Origin: Dictyostelium discoideum
Lineage: Eukaryota
Reading direction: 5' to 3'
Assembly (NCBI GenBank): GCA_000004695.1
Contig: CM000150.2
Span: 1,792,001-1,856,000, forward strand
Length of the DNA: 64,000 nucleotides
Shown: piece after piece, positions 9,909 to 24,265 of the stretch
How positions within the stretch are numbered: the first letter of the stretch is position 1
Layout: every line of letters starts with the position of its first letter
Made by a program: the position numbers and the translations under genes
Notes under the pieces: generated by a model
The model's input: the letters and a program-made list of their open reading frames with translations, nothing else
Database searches by the model: none
Told to the model about the DNA's origin: nothing

Positions 9909-12900
9909 TTATTTATTATTATTTCCAGTATTTTGTAATAATTTCTTTAAAGATGCAATTTCTAAATCTTTCTTTTTTATAATTGAAATTAAAGTTTGTT
10001 GATCCAATTTTTCATAATCGAAATGGTCAATATCACGTTCAGAAGCTTCAATTAATATTGGTAATAGTTCTGATAATATTTGATCGCTAGTTGGTCTATT
10101 ATCAGGATTTATATCAATCATTCTAAGTATTAAATTTGATTCTTCAGGGTGTTTACTTGTGAACCAACTTGGTAAAATTCCATTCTTTAAATTCTTAATA
10201 TGAGTAGTTCTTTCAAATTGAGTTTCAAATCCACCTACAATCATTTCAAATAATATAATTCCACAACTATAAATATCAGTTTTATTTGTATACCATGTAT
10301 TAGTATATCCTCCACCTCCAAAAACACCTTTATTTGATAATTGTTCTGGTGATGCATAAGTTAGAGTACCAACACCAACTGTATTCACTGAAATTGAATT
10401 ATAAAACATGAATGGTGTTGTAGATGTTGTTGCTGTTGCTGTTGTTGTTGAAGAAGAAGAAGAAATCGTGCAACCAAGTGATGAATTTAAATGAGTTGTT
10501 GCTGCTGTTGATGATAATGATGAAGATAATGGTTTAGATGGTGAAACTGAAATTGTTGGTGTAATTGTTGATGTTGGTGGTGTTGAAATTGGTATAGTAT
10601 TTGCAGAAGAAGTTGGAGTTGTATCAATTGGAGTAGTGGAGGGTGTATTATTAGTTAATGGTGTTGTTGAAGGTGTGGTAGCAGTAATATCTTTTACCAA
10701 ACCGAAATCACCAATTTTAATGACACCACTTGAAAGGAATAAATTTGCAGGTTTTAAATCCCTATGAATCATACCCATAGAATGAATATAATTAACACCT
10801 GTAATAATTTGTTTAAATAATGATAAAATTGTAGTTTTACTATTATTTTTAAAATCAGGATTCTCTAATAAATCTCTCAATGTTTTACCTTCACAATATT
10901 GAGTTTGAATATATACTGTATATTTTAATCTTAAATTATTGCTATTACTATTTTTATCATTATTTCGATTATTATTATTATTATTATTATTTCGATTATT
11001 ATTATTATTATTTAAATTATTAATACCAATTAATTGAGAATTTGATAATTGTTTAGTTGATAAAGTTAATCCTTTTGGTTTATTTCCTTCACTACTATCA
11101 CTATCACCTATACTACTACTATTACCACTACCACTACTAGCACCACTACCACTACTTGGATTATATATTTTACCTTTTTTCTTTTTTATAGGTTTAACAA
11201 AAGGAATCATTGATTTACTAATTGTTAATGCCTTAATCATCTCTTTAATATTTTCATTTTCAAAATCAATATTATCACTATCACTTTCACTTTCTTCACT
11301 TTCATCACTCTCACTTTCTTCACTCTCACTTTCTTCGCTCTCACTTTCACTATAAATTTCATCACTATCACTTTCTTCAATTTCACTCTCATCACTTTCA
11401 CTATTATTTGTAAGATTGAACTTTTCAAAATATTCACTTATGGAATATTCTTGAGAATTAGTATTGGTTACACTATCATTCAATGAAAATGATATTGATA
11501 AATTTCTTTTGAATGGATATTTTTTATCATTCCTCTTCTTCTTTAAATTACTACTAATACTATTATTACTACAACTACTCTTTTTAAAACCTCCTTTGAA
11601 TTTAATAGAATCTGAAAAATTACTATTACTAACATCATCTTCATCTTCATCTTCATCTTCATCTTCATCTTGATCTTCAAAAAAACTATCATCACTTTCA
11701 TCATTATCATTATTACCAGTACCTAAACTACCCTCAACTGAACTAAAACTTGAAGATCTTGGTTTATTATTTTTTGGATCCAATTCTAACCAAGCATTAT
11801 GATATCTTAAAATATTAATATGATCTAATTTTGCTAATGCTACAACTTCACGTACAACTTTTTCAATTTTACTCGATGCATTTGTTGGTGATTGATTATT
11901 TGATATTGAGAAATTCACTTTCTTTATTGCATATTTATGTCCATCCAATACATACTCTGATAAATAAACTGACCCAAATCCACCTGATCCTAATTTTGAT
12001 ATCTCTTTAAACTCTCTTTGATATCTTAAAATATTACCAAATGTCGAACTTGGTAATGCTTTTTGTTGTTGTTGTTGCTGTTGTTGCTGTTGTTGTAGAA
12101 ATTGGTATTGTTGTAATTGTTGATATTGATAAAAATTTGAAAAAAATGATGAATCAATTAAAAAACTACCTTCTTTTTTTATTGGTTTTTGATAAATTGC
12201 TAAAGGATTATTATTATTATCACTACCACCACCAAATACTTTATTATTTTCACCCTATAAATAAAAAAATACACATTAATCATATTGTTAATATATATAT
12301 ATATATATATATTCACTAAAAATCATACATACAAGTTTTAAATTTGTAACATTTAATGCATTTTGAAATAATTCTCTATAATAATCCAAGTAAAGTGATT
12401 TAAATTGTGATGACCTTAATATATTCGATGGTACACCCATTAATTCAATATCAACTACACTCTTCATAAATGTTGATAATTTCTTTTGATCTAATTGATT
12501 CGATTGAAAAAAGTTTTCTGAAATTAACATTTTTAATAATATCTTTTTTTGTTTAAATAAGTCATCTAATGATTTTTTGAAAAGTATTAGTAAAAATATA
12601 TATATATATATATTTATTATTGTTAATAATAATAATTGTTATCAAACATACCACAAGATTCAACTAATTCCATAGCATCAATTGTATCAATAAAACTTTT
12701 CGATTTTGATAAAACTATATTACCATGATTTTTTAATTTTTTATTGGTTTTATTAATACTACCATTATTATTATTATTATTATCAGAATCAACTTCAGTT
12801 GGAGTTTTCACCTCTTCTTCTTCTTCTTCTTCTTCACCTGAATTTGAGTTTATAACTAGAATTCTTGATTTTGATCTTGTGAGTTCTAATTTTGATGTAT

Positions 12901-13169
12901 TGTTTTTAATGATTTTCTTATATTCTGATCTTAATCTTTCATTCTCTTCATCTCTACTATTACTATTACTATTACTATTACTATTACTATTACTATTACT
13001 ATTACTATTACTATTACTATTACTATTATTACCATTACCATTATTACTATTTATACTGTTAAAATTAAAGTTATCAAAAGAAGGTATTGATACAGAACTA
13101 TGAACTAAATTATATCTTCCATTAAAATAATCATTACTACTACTATTATTATTACTATTACTATTATTA

Positions 13170-13205
<36 letters not shown>

Positions 13206-13333
13206 TTGGGTATATTATCGTTTTTTAAATAATCATCACTACTAATTGCTATTCCTCTGACTACCTGGGCAAAAGCTGTTGATTCTTCTTCAAGTAAAGA
13301 ATTTATCATATTATTTTTATTATCGAACCCCAT
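9909..13333 (-). CDS. eIF2alpha-kinase-family Ser/Thr protein kinase with a GCN2-like catalytic domain. I propose a 3-exon model: 12652..13333, 12333..12565 and 9909..12254, joined across introns 12566..12651 and 12255..12332. The total is 3261 nt, or 1086 aa.
   Basis: The kinase motifs read [54 protein letters not shown] and YASPEQ. The kinase insert sits between beta4 and beta5 and the [15 protein letters not shown] segment matches GCN2 YIQMEYCE. The introns are GTATGT…TAG and the phases are consistent (1, 0). Exons 2 and 3 are well supported (confidence 0.75), while exon 1 is a phase-compatible extension (confidence 0.45). Confidence 0.7.
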
Positions 13334-13583
13334 TCATTAATAATAAGTATCCATACTAATCTAATTTTATAAAATTACTATTATTATTATTATAATTATT
13401 ATTATTACTATAATTATTAATATTAGTTGGTTTTTCTGTTTTTCTGTTTTTTTTATTTTTATTTTTTTTTTTTTTTTTGGGGTTAATATAATACTATTGT
13501 GTCATTCATAAAAAAATAAAAAAAAAATAAAAAATCTTGTTGGTTTTTTTTTTTTTTTTATTTTCTTTTTTTTATTTTATTTC

Positions 13584-13614
<31 letters not shown>

Positions 13615-13956
13615 GAAAACGACACCCACAACTTTTTAATTAAAAAATTTAAGGTAAATTCAAAGAAACCTTTATTTGAAATTTCAATTTTGTTTTTATT
13701 TTTTTATTTTTTTTTATGAGTCAATTTATTAAAATGTCGCTATCATGGAAAATATTAATACAGTCAAATTAAAATATTTCCATAAATGAATAATAAAAAT
13801 TTTAAAAAATAAGGTATTTTTTTTTTTTTATTTTTTTTTCTTTATAAGTTAAATTTTATTATTTTAAAATCTGTGAGTTTTGTATTAATTTTTTAGAAAA
13901 AGCTGACAATATTTTTGATTTGAGACAAAAAAAAATGAATGAATTTCCTTTTTGGT

Positions 13957-13987
<31 letters not shown>

Positions 13988-14910
13988 GGGAAATCAATTT
14001 TTCAAATATTTAAAATCAAATTCGATTTTAATTATTAAAACTATTTTTAAATTAATATAAATATCTTTTGCTATCAAAAAAATTATGATACAAATTTAGA
14101 TTATGTACTATGTATGTTTTTTTGGTTTTTTTCTTTTCAATTAAAAAAAAAAAAAAAAAATACCATATTCCTGCTCTCTTTAAAAAATATAATAGGGAGA
14201 TAAGATTTTGGTCAACTCAAACTAAACTAACCTCATATTAATTTCGATAATATAAAATAGTGTATATATTAATCATTTTTGGAAAATTATTATAATAAAT
14301 AACAATAAAAAAATAATAAAAAAATAAAATTAAAATTTAATTAAATTCTTTGAATAAGGGTGTACATTCTTTATAGAATAATATATACACAAAATTTATC
14401 AATTGATGGTGATCAAAATATTTAAAAAAATTATTTAAAAAAAACCCACTCACCCAGTGTGAGAATGTTCAAAAATAGTTAAAAACATAACACCCATATA
14501 GGGTCAAACCACTAATAAAAAAAAAAAAAATAAAAAGACCACTTTAACCCATTCCCACACACACATATCAGTGTTTAATATATTCATTAAATTTATATAC
14601 AAATTTTTCTTTCACGTGTAAATGTATGATAAATTTTTTTAAAATAAATATATTTTTTGAAAAAAAAAAAAAAATAAAAAAAAAAAAAAAAAAAAATAAT
14701 ATTAAAAGAAAAAAAAAAAAAATAATAATAATACAATTAAATTTATTTATTTATTTATTTATAGAGAAAAGATAACTTATTTAGATATTGTGTATCACAT
14801 TTATTGTTAATATATATAAACAGTAGGGATTTCAATTTAATTATTTGATTTAAAAAATTGATTTTTTTTTTTTTTTTTAATTATTTATTCCTTTTTTTTT
14901 ATTATTTAAT

Positions 14911-14960
<50 letters not shown>

Positions 14961-15138
14961 AATTATATATTATTTAATTTATCAATTGAATTATAATTAT
15001 TTATTTTAGATAATAATAATAATAATAATAATAAACTTTTTTTAAAAAAAATAAAATCACATACAATTAAAATCAAAAACAAATAATATAATATCATCAT
15101 TGCTTCAGTTAATTAAAATAATTGTATACTAATAATTA

Positions 15139-15181
<43 letters not shown>

Positions 15182-15482
15182 CCTTAAAGTAAAATCAATA
15201 CATTTTATTTAAAAATAAAAAAAATCTAAACCTTATTTTTTTTTTTTTTTTTTAAATTAACTTTATTAAAAATATTAAAAAATCAATCATTTTATTTTTT
15301 ATTTTTTTTTTTTTTTAAATATTAATAAATCAATACTATACTATAATTTATAATTTCACTTTCATATATTATTACTATTTTTATACCATTATCAAAAAAA
15401 GTAATTTATTTATAAACACCACCCCCACTCACACAAACACACAATAATTGAATAATTAAAAAAAAAAAAATTTTTAAAATTA

Positions 15483-15532
<50 letters not shown>

Positions 15533-15926
15533 ATTCACTTTTTTAATATAATTATACATATAATATTTCAATAATATTGTATAAAAAAACAAACCATAAT
15601 ATTTTAAAAAAAAACAAAATTTGTAATAATTATTTGTTTATTTTATTTGTTTTATATTTGGTATTTTTTAAAAAATTTGATTATCAATTTTTTTAATTGT
15701 ATTTTTTTTTTTAAAAAAAAAAATTAAAAATAAATTATTGTTTATTTACTAATTAAAAAAATCTATATTTTATATATATATATAGTATTGATTTATTCAA
15801 AATATAATTACAAATTTTAGAGTTCAATTTTATAATTTTTTAATTGTTCAAAAAAAAAAAAAAAATTAAATTAAAAGAAATAAAAAAAACTATATATAAA
15901 AGTATCGACATAAATATAAAATTAAA

Positions 15927-15967
15927 ATGGGTGCAATTGGAAAAACAAAGTAAGTAATTTATTGAAT

Positions 15968-16012
<45 letters not shown>

Positions 16013-16802
16013 ATTTATTAACAATTTAATAATAAAAATAATAAAATAAAAGAGTATTTTTATGGTTAGGTACCATTATATTAATGTTAGCAGGTAGTCT
16101 TGCTATGATTATCTATAATAAACCTTTACAATTACAAGGATTAGGTACAAAAACTATAGTGGGACAGGTGTGGTTTAATGCTGTATTAGCTTTACATTCA
16201 ATTTATTTAATTGGTGTAGGTTTCGAATTAATTTCAAGAGCATATCTTATGATGGTTGGTTCAACTTGTTCAGAACAAAGAAGAGGATTTTTATGTTGTT
16301 TTGTATATTCAATGGTAAATTTTTTATTTATTTTTTTTAAAAAAAATTAAATCTCCTTTTATTTTATTTTTTTTTTAATTATATTTTATTAACAATCTTT
16401 TAAAAATATTATTAATTATTATAGAGTATTTGGTGGAAATTAATGATGATTTTAGGTGTTGTTTCATCTATTGTATTATGTGGTTTGACAGCATTAGTGA
16501 TTGTATTAGAAGGATTTGCAAAAATAAAGATTATTCGTTTAGCAGTTACAGATGCAGTAACATTGGTTCAATTATTCTTTAGTGTAATATGTTTTGTAAC
16601 ATCAAGAGCCACCCAAAAAATGCAAGATGAAGAAGAGGAAGCACTTCATGGTGTTAAAAAACAAGAACTCCAACCAACTAATTCTGCTGCATCAACTCCA
16701 TCTTCTGCTCCACCATGTTATATTGTTGATGAGAAAAAAGATTCTGCTTCTCCATCTGGTCAATCTAAAGATTCTGAACCTTCAGCAGTTTTACCAGCTT
16801 AA
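15927..16802 (+). CDS. Small multi-pass membrane protein of 220 aa with about four predicted TM helices. The exons are 15927..15949, 16053..16314 and 16425..16802.
   Basis: ATGGGTGCAATTGGAAAAACAAA is followed directly by GTAAGT. The acceptors are at 16051-52 and 16423-24, the phases (2, 0) are consistent and the total of 663 nt is divisible by 3. The hydrophobic segments are LWLGTIILMLAGSLAMII, AVLALHSIYLIGVGF, ILGVVSSIVLCGLTALVIVL and LVQLFFSVICFV. Confidence 0.6.
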
Positions 16803-17150
16803 ATATTTTTAAAAAATTTTTAAAAATAATAAAAAACAATAATAATAATTTTATAATACTATCTTTTTTTTTTTAAATAACAAAAAATATTAACAAATAC
16901 TATAACTCAAAGTAAAATAAATGATTTGAATATAATAAAAAAAAAAACAAATAAAAAAAAAACAAATAAAAAAACAAATAAAAAATAAAAAAATAAAAAA
17001 ATAAAAAAATAAAAAAATAAAAAAATAAAAAAAACAAATAAAAAATTAAAAAAAAAAAAAAAATTAAATAGATAACTTTTTTTTTTTTTTGAATATATAT
17101 TTTTTTTTTTTTTTATTTTCTTTTATTTCATTATTTTTTAATTATTTCTT

Positions 17151-17374
17151 TTATTCATTAGATTTACTAGTTAATTGAGCCAATCTTTGTCTAAGTGAAG
17201 CGACAGTTGAATTTAAATCATTTGATGAACTAGTTGATGGTGAATTTTGATGACTATTATTATTATTACTACCACTATTTTGATCAGGATTTAAAGTTCT
17301 TAAACGTTGAAGTGTATTTGAAGCCATTGATGCAGTATTTGATAATTGTGGTGCTATATTTTCATTACCACCAC

Positions 17375-17456
<82 letters not shown>

Positions 17457-18974
17457 TACAACTTGAGATGATGGTTGATTATGTTGATTATAAAATGTAT
17501 TTTGAATTACTTTTAATCTTTCTTGATAATTTACAACTTCATCATCTTTATCTTTTGGTGCATCCATTGAGTCCTTAATCTTTTTAAGATTTCTAGTGAT
17601 ATATGCTTGGAATTGTTGTGAACTTGAATTTAAATTTGGTGTTATATCATAGTCTGGATATTCTCTAATAAAGAAATATAAATCATGAATACCATCCAAT
17701 GTTAAATCTTTATTTCCAATTTTTTTGAAAATTTCAATTAATAACTCTTTCTTTTGTGAATCTGTTTTACCTGAGTAATCTCTTGGTTCTTTATTAATTT
17801 TTAATGTTGATAATGTTGATTGAGTTTTACCAGTTGTTGTTGTTGTTGTTGTTGTTGTTGTAGTATTTGCTGAAGTTGTAGGTAGTTGTTGTTGTTGTGA
17901 ATTACTTGAACCAGTTGAAGTTCTAGATCTTGTTGTTGTTGTTGTTGTATTATTACTATTATGATGATCATTAATTGGTGAATCTAAACTACTATTAATA
18001 TTAATATTATTTATATTTTCTCTTCCACTATTATTATTATTATTACCACCACTACTAACTCTACCACCATTATTATTATTATTATTACTGCCACCACTAC
18101 TTATTCTATTACCATTACCATTACCATTTATTAAATCTTCAAATTGTTTTGGTACTAATTCAATTAAAAGATTAAGTAAATATTGATATTTTTGTTGTTG
18201 ACCTTTTGATATGATATCTTTTGTAAATTTAACAACTTGATTAGTTCTATTTTGATAAAGTTCAGAAGTAAGAGTTTTTGTAGTTTTTCTGGTGATTTCA
18301 TCTAGGGAAGGATTTGATTTTAAGAAGGAATTAATTTCCGATAAGACGGTTTCGACATTTAATTCCTCCAAAATAGAAGGAGTTGTCAAAGATTTAGTAG
18401 CACGTAATAAGCAACGTAACAAAAGATCATTGTATTTACCAGGATGTTGAATGCTTTGATCATTATCAGTTCTAGACATCATTTGAAGTAGCGTACTAAA
18501 CAGTATGGTGCTATTACAATTTTGAAGGATACGTAATAGAATTTGATTGAATGCTTTCGATAATTCAGATTCAGTTCCTTGTTTACTTGAATTTGATTCG
18601 GCCAAACTGTACAATTTAATGGTTTCATTTAAAACGATCTCTAAACATCTAACATTACATTGTTTTGCCACAACCTTATTTGAAAGTATAGAGATAATAG
18701 TATGAATTAAATATTTACAAAGTCTAAGTATTGTAGCATCCTTTGATACCTGTGGGAATGTATCTGCTAAAATACTTGTTAAAACTAAGAAATACTCTTC
18801 TGCAAAATTTACAAATACATCATCAAGTTTACCATTTGCCATTAATCCTGAAAATTGTTTCAATGCTTCAACTGTATGTTCAATATTTTCTTTTGTAATA
18901 CTATAATTTTTTAATAATTCTAAACAACCAATTAATTGTGTTGACATTTCATCTGTTGATAATGATTTACGTGG

Positions 18975-19015
<41 letters not shown>

Positions 19016-19018
19016 GAA

Positions 19019-19083
<65 letters not shown>

Positions 19084-22000
19084 ATAATTAATATTTTATC
19101 CTGTTGTGATATATTTGAATATTTAAAACATTCATCTTTAATATGTGAATAAAGTTTATTAAGGCAAAGTAATGATGATTGTTTTGATTGAGAATCATTC
19201 AAGTTTTGAGTGATTAATGGAATAACCACTTTAAGGTTTCCACAAACCGATGCTCCATTCTTGTCAATAATTGATGCCATAACATTTAAAACTTCAACAC
19301 GAGTTCTCCAATTTTGTGATGTAACCATTTCAATTGCAAATCTAAATAAAACATTTGGTAAACAAAGTTCTTCCAATTGTTGAATCGATTGTTTAAAGAT
19401 CTGTTTGATTTGTTCATTGGTTGCACTACCTGATTTCTCCAAAAGTATTGGTACCAAACATGATGCTTCATACTCTCCAATCGAGTATTCAGAATCTATC
19501 AATTTATTCAATAATATTTCCAATATCTTTAAAACCCTCTTTTGACTAGCCAAGCCAGTATCAAATAATTTAAATGTTATCCATCTAAATAAAATATCCA
19601 ATACTGATATGATTGCCTCTGGGTTTTGTTCAATCATACCAATCATTAAATCTGACATATGTTGTGAATTTGATGGTAAACTTGAAAACATTAAATTTGC
19701 AAATTCCTCTGTAAAACATTGTAAAACTTGATCTTGAAGTATCTCTACTACCTCTTCAGTTGGTTCAATAAAATGCCAACTTGGTATTTGATTGGTTTTT
19801 TGTCTATTCATTTTACCATTAATATCAAATATTATAAATTCACAATTACTTGCTCCATTATTTGATTGTAAAATTGATCTACGTTGTTGTTGTTGTTGTT
19901 GTTGTTGTGGTTGAGTTGGTTGTTGTTGTTGTTGTTGTTGTTGTTGTCTTATTGGTTGTGGTGAAGATGGTGTTGAAGATTGTTGTGAAGTAGTTGATGA
20001 TGATGATGATGATGATGAAGTTGATTGTTTTGTTTTTGAAGGTGGTGGAATTGGTTGACCAGTTTTTTGATAATATTTATCAAGTATTGTTTGAATTGAT
20101 GGCTGACTAGCAGGTTTAACATGTTTTAATTCTTTTTTAAATTCAATTAGTGGTATTTGAGTACAAAGTATTGATAATAAATTATCAGCTAATGAACGAA
20201 TTTCAGCAGATTTATCTTGTAAACATGAAATGATACCTTTTGCCAATGTATTGATTTCTGATGGTATAGGTGCAGCTTTCATATTGGTAACATTTACAAT
20301 TGTCCAAGCTAATGATTCCTTACGAGTGAATGCAGATTCTTGAATCATTGGTGCTGCCAATGAACCAATGAAAACATCGAATCCCAAATCGGATTGAACT
20401 ATTACATTCATACAACTAATGACAGCATCTCTGACGGGTTTCTTTGAATCACCCAACAACAATAGAATTCCTGGTATCAATAGACGAGCATGCTTTTCAA
20501 ATGATTGACCACCCATTGCCTGTGAAAGCATACCAATGATATTCAATGTTGTAATGGTACATTTCTGATTATTATCGGTCAATCTATTCTTTAAAGCAGG
20601 TATTAGTCCACCCAATTTTGGTTGAATCTTTCTATTGGCATCAATGATAATCCTCTCAATCTCATCCAATGCATCTGAACGAGTTTTCCAATTGGCATCG
20701 GATAGATTAGTGATAATGGCTGGTGTTAACTTTACAGAGATATCAACTCTTGGGAATTCGATTTGAACTGGTGCTGAACCTGGTGGTGGCATACCCTTCC
20801 ATTGTCTATTTGGTACTGGTGGTTTTTGGTCACGTATTTTTTGAAATTCCCTATCGAGTACCTCCATCGTTGGTTTCTTTACATCACCTAAAAAATCGGT
20901 TAAAGTAGCTCCAATATTGATTTTAATTGTACATAATAATTTAATTGCTGATTTTTTTACATCTGGATTCGTAGATTCTAAACATTGTTTAGTATAATCT
21001 AACAATGGTTTCAATTGTTGAATACCATTCGAGCAACATCCAATACCAAATTCATCAATTGCTTGTTGAATCCAAACCAAAGAGTCTGCAATGATCTTTG
21101 GATTCTTATGATTGCTTGTAAATTGATAAATTGATGTGAACACTGCATGAGGTGTTATCGACTCACCTGTTGAAAATAATAATTCACTAGAGATCTCTTT
21201 TAATTTAACATCTGTTAACTTCTCTATACATGTGGTTAAATAACTATTAGCACAACGTTGTTGAGTGAAATTTGAATCATTCTTACAACATTGAATGAAT
21301 ATTGAAAATATACTTGATAAAACTTGAAAATTGGATTCTTTTAAACTTGGTTTATCACATAATAATTGTATAATCGATTCAGACATACCATTGATTGAAT
21401 CTGCTGTTAAACCTTTAACATTCTCTAAAATATCATCAACTGCTTGTAATCTATCTTTCCATTGAGTTTTACCTAATCCTTCAATAATTTCATTATTTAC
21501 TATACCTGCTCCGATTAATTTATTTTTAATATCATCTGATGATGATGGTGGTGGTGGTAATGGTGAAGAATTTGATGATCTTCCTGTTGGTGTAGTTGTT
21601 GATGATGATTTTGAATTACCTGTTGCTGCTGCTGGTTTTTTATTACTACTACTAACTGGTAAATCAATATCTTTTAAATCAACAGGCGCCAATGGTTGTG
21701 GTGTTATTGTAACTGGTGTTGCAACTGCTGGCATATTATCTTTAATTTTCTTTGCTTTAATTGGATCGATTTGATTTAGATATGGTGTCATTGCTCTCTC
21801 ACCAATGATACCACCCAATGCAGCGAATGCTTTAGATGCATTATCTCTAATATTGCTATCAGTATCATTTAATGCCTCCATGAAAATCTTTGTCAATTGT
21901 TTAGTTACTTTAGTGATATCAGCTGGTTTCTTTGTATTGGTGATTGAATTACAAATGAATACCAATACCTCTTGTTTAATTTGTGGTACTTTTGATTGCA

Positions 22001-23129
22001 TAGTCGCTGTAAGTTCATCGATAATATCTGATAATGAAATTGATTTTCCAACTAAACTATCCATTGTAGTATGAACTGATTGTAAAACACTTGTCTTTTT
22101 CTCTTTAAATTTCTCTAAAATTGGTGTTATAAATGGTTTAACATAACTTGTAAATCCACCTCTTAATGAATCTGCTAATAAACCAATTGAAACAACTGCT
22201 TTTTGTACAATCATAACATTAACATCTGCTAAAATCTAAAATAGATTTATTAAAAAAAAAAAAATTAAATTAATAAAAATTAAATTCTCTCTGACATATA
22301 TATTTTTTTTAAAAAAAATATTACTTTTTTTAAAGCTTTACAAAGTTCACTAAAATCAGCAGTTTCAATTTTAGGTGTATTTGTTAAAATTGTTACTAAT
22401 TTATCCATTTGTTCAGATCTTTCTTGCCATTTTTTAGCTTGTAAACCTTCATAAAATTCACTTGTTAATTTTGGTAAAATATTAACTGCTGTCATTAATG
22501 AATATGGATCAATTTCTTCAACAACTTCTGGTTCTATAATGAATTTAAAAATAAATAAATAAGCAATTAATATATATATATATTGTGAACTATTTTATAA
22601 AAACTAAATTAGTACTTACTTGCTTGAATACCTTTTGAAGCATTTGCCAATGCTTTTGCAGCTTCAGAACGTGTATATTTTAAAGGTACAGCAGGATCAG
22701 TTGGTAATTTTTCAAATTGATCTTGAAGTGCTTTTAATTGAATTGGAGTTAACGCTTCACTAATTAATGGTATTAATGCTTTACCAATCCAACGATAAAT
22801 TTCAATGAATAATTCAGATGCTTGATCTCTAATACCCTTATCTCTATTCTCAAACCATGGTGAAAATTGTTTCAATATAAGTTTAACTGGTATTTGTTTT
22901 GGTCCAAATGTTTTCAATGCTTGAGTTAACGCTGCTAATGATGCTAATAATATCTTTGGTGAGGTTGATGATGTACCTTTCAACAATGCTTCAACTACTG
23001 GTTCCGCTGAATCTGCTTCAATCGTCAATAACAAACATTCAATTGTTTTCTCCTTTGCTCTCGGTCTAGTTGATGCAAATAATTTTTCAACTAATACACC
23101 AACATAACTTGCTGCGAATCTTTTTATTA

Positions 23130-23170
<41 letters not shown>

Positions 23171-23492
23171 ATACAAAATATTTATTAGTATATATATAGA
23201 GAGAGAGAGAGAGGGAGAGAGGAGAGTAGTATTTATTTACTTACTTATTAACACAATCACATCTATCTATAAATGCTGATAAAGGTTCCAATGCTCTTTC
23301 TTGTGACATTGGATTGATATCAGCCAGAATCTTTTTAAATTGAGGCCCCCATTCATTGAATAATGGACCACTACCTTCAATACTATTTCTAAATTTAGTT
23401 GTTAATTCTTCTAAACCACTCACTCTCCATTTCCAATTCTTATGGTTAATTCTATCCTCTATTGATCCTGATGGTGCTTCTTCATCTCCCAT
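17151..23492 (-). CDS. mtaA: XMAP215/Dis1/ch-TOG family microtubule-associated centrosomal protein (DdCP224). The exons are 23245..23492, 22620..23119, 22325..22533 and 17151..22235, a total of 6042 nt or 2013 aa.
   Basis: The N-terminus MGDEEAPSGSIEDRINHKNWKWRVSGLEEL matches the XMAP215/ch-TOG N-terminus MGDDSEW…KCEHKLWKAR. EIDPYSLMTAVNILPKLTSEFYEGLQAKKWQER and PILEKFKEKK match the TOG1/TOG2 consensus. The splice phases (2, 1, 0) are all consistent and the length agrees with the published 224-kDa protein. Confidence 0.9.
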
Positions 23493-23567
23493 AATTTTAT
23501 ATTATATATTTATTTTTTGTTTTTCTTTATTTCTATTGGTTTTTTTTTTTTTTAATATATTTACAAG

Positions 23568-23620
<53 letters not shown>

Positions 23621-24265
23621 TATTTTATTATTTCAAAATTTCTATTCGCTTTTTTTAAAACATAGCCATAAATTTTAAAAAAAAAAAAAAAAATAAAGGA
23701 ATGGCCAATTTATAAAAAAAAAATTAGAAAATTAAATTTTTTTTTTTTTTTTTTTTTTTTTCAAAGACGCGCTTTTTCAAATTAAAGAAAAAAAAAAAAA
23801 ACAAAAACAACCCCCAACTAGTTCAATAAATAATTTAAATAAATAAAAGTCAAAATTAAATGAAAAAAATGAAAAAAAAAAAAAATAAATAAAAAATAAA
23901 AAATAAATAAATCTTAAAAAAAAAAAAAAAAATATCTTAATAAACGAAACATTTAAAACACTGTTTTTTTTATATTTTAATATTTTTTTTTTTTTATTTT
24001 TTTTTTATTTATTATCAATTTCTTTATTACTTGAATCGAAGATAGAAAATGATAATTTATTACAAGTGATCCATTTTTATTTTTTTTATCTTATTTGTTA
24101 TGATTGTTTCTTTTTTTTTTTTAAATTATTGAAATTGATTTAGTGTGTTTTTTTTTTTTTTTTTGTTTTTATAATTCATTAAACTATAAATACATATTTT
24201 TTTTTTTTTTTTTTTTTTTTTTTATATATTATTAAATTTTTGATTATATATTATTTAAAAAAAAT

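Noticed and set aside
16627-16812. A 61-aa alternate-frame ORF overlapping exon 3 of the TM-protein gene.
   Set aside because: It is out of frame with the spliced model and low-complexity.
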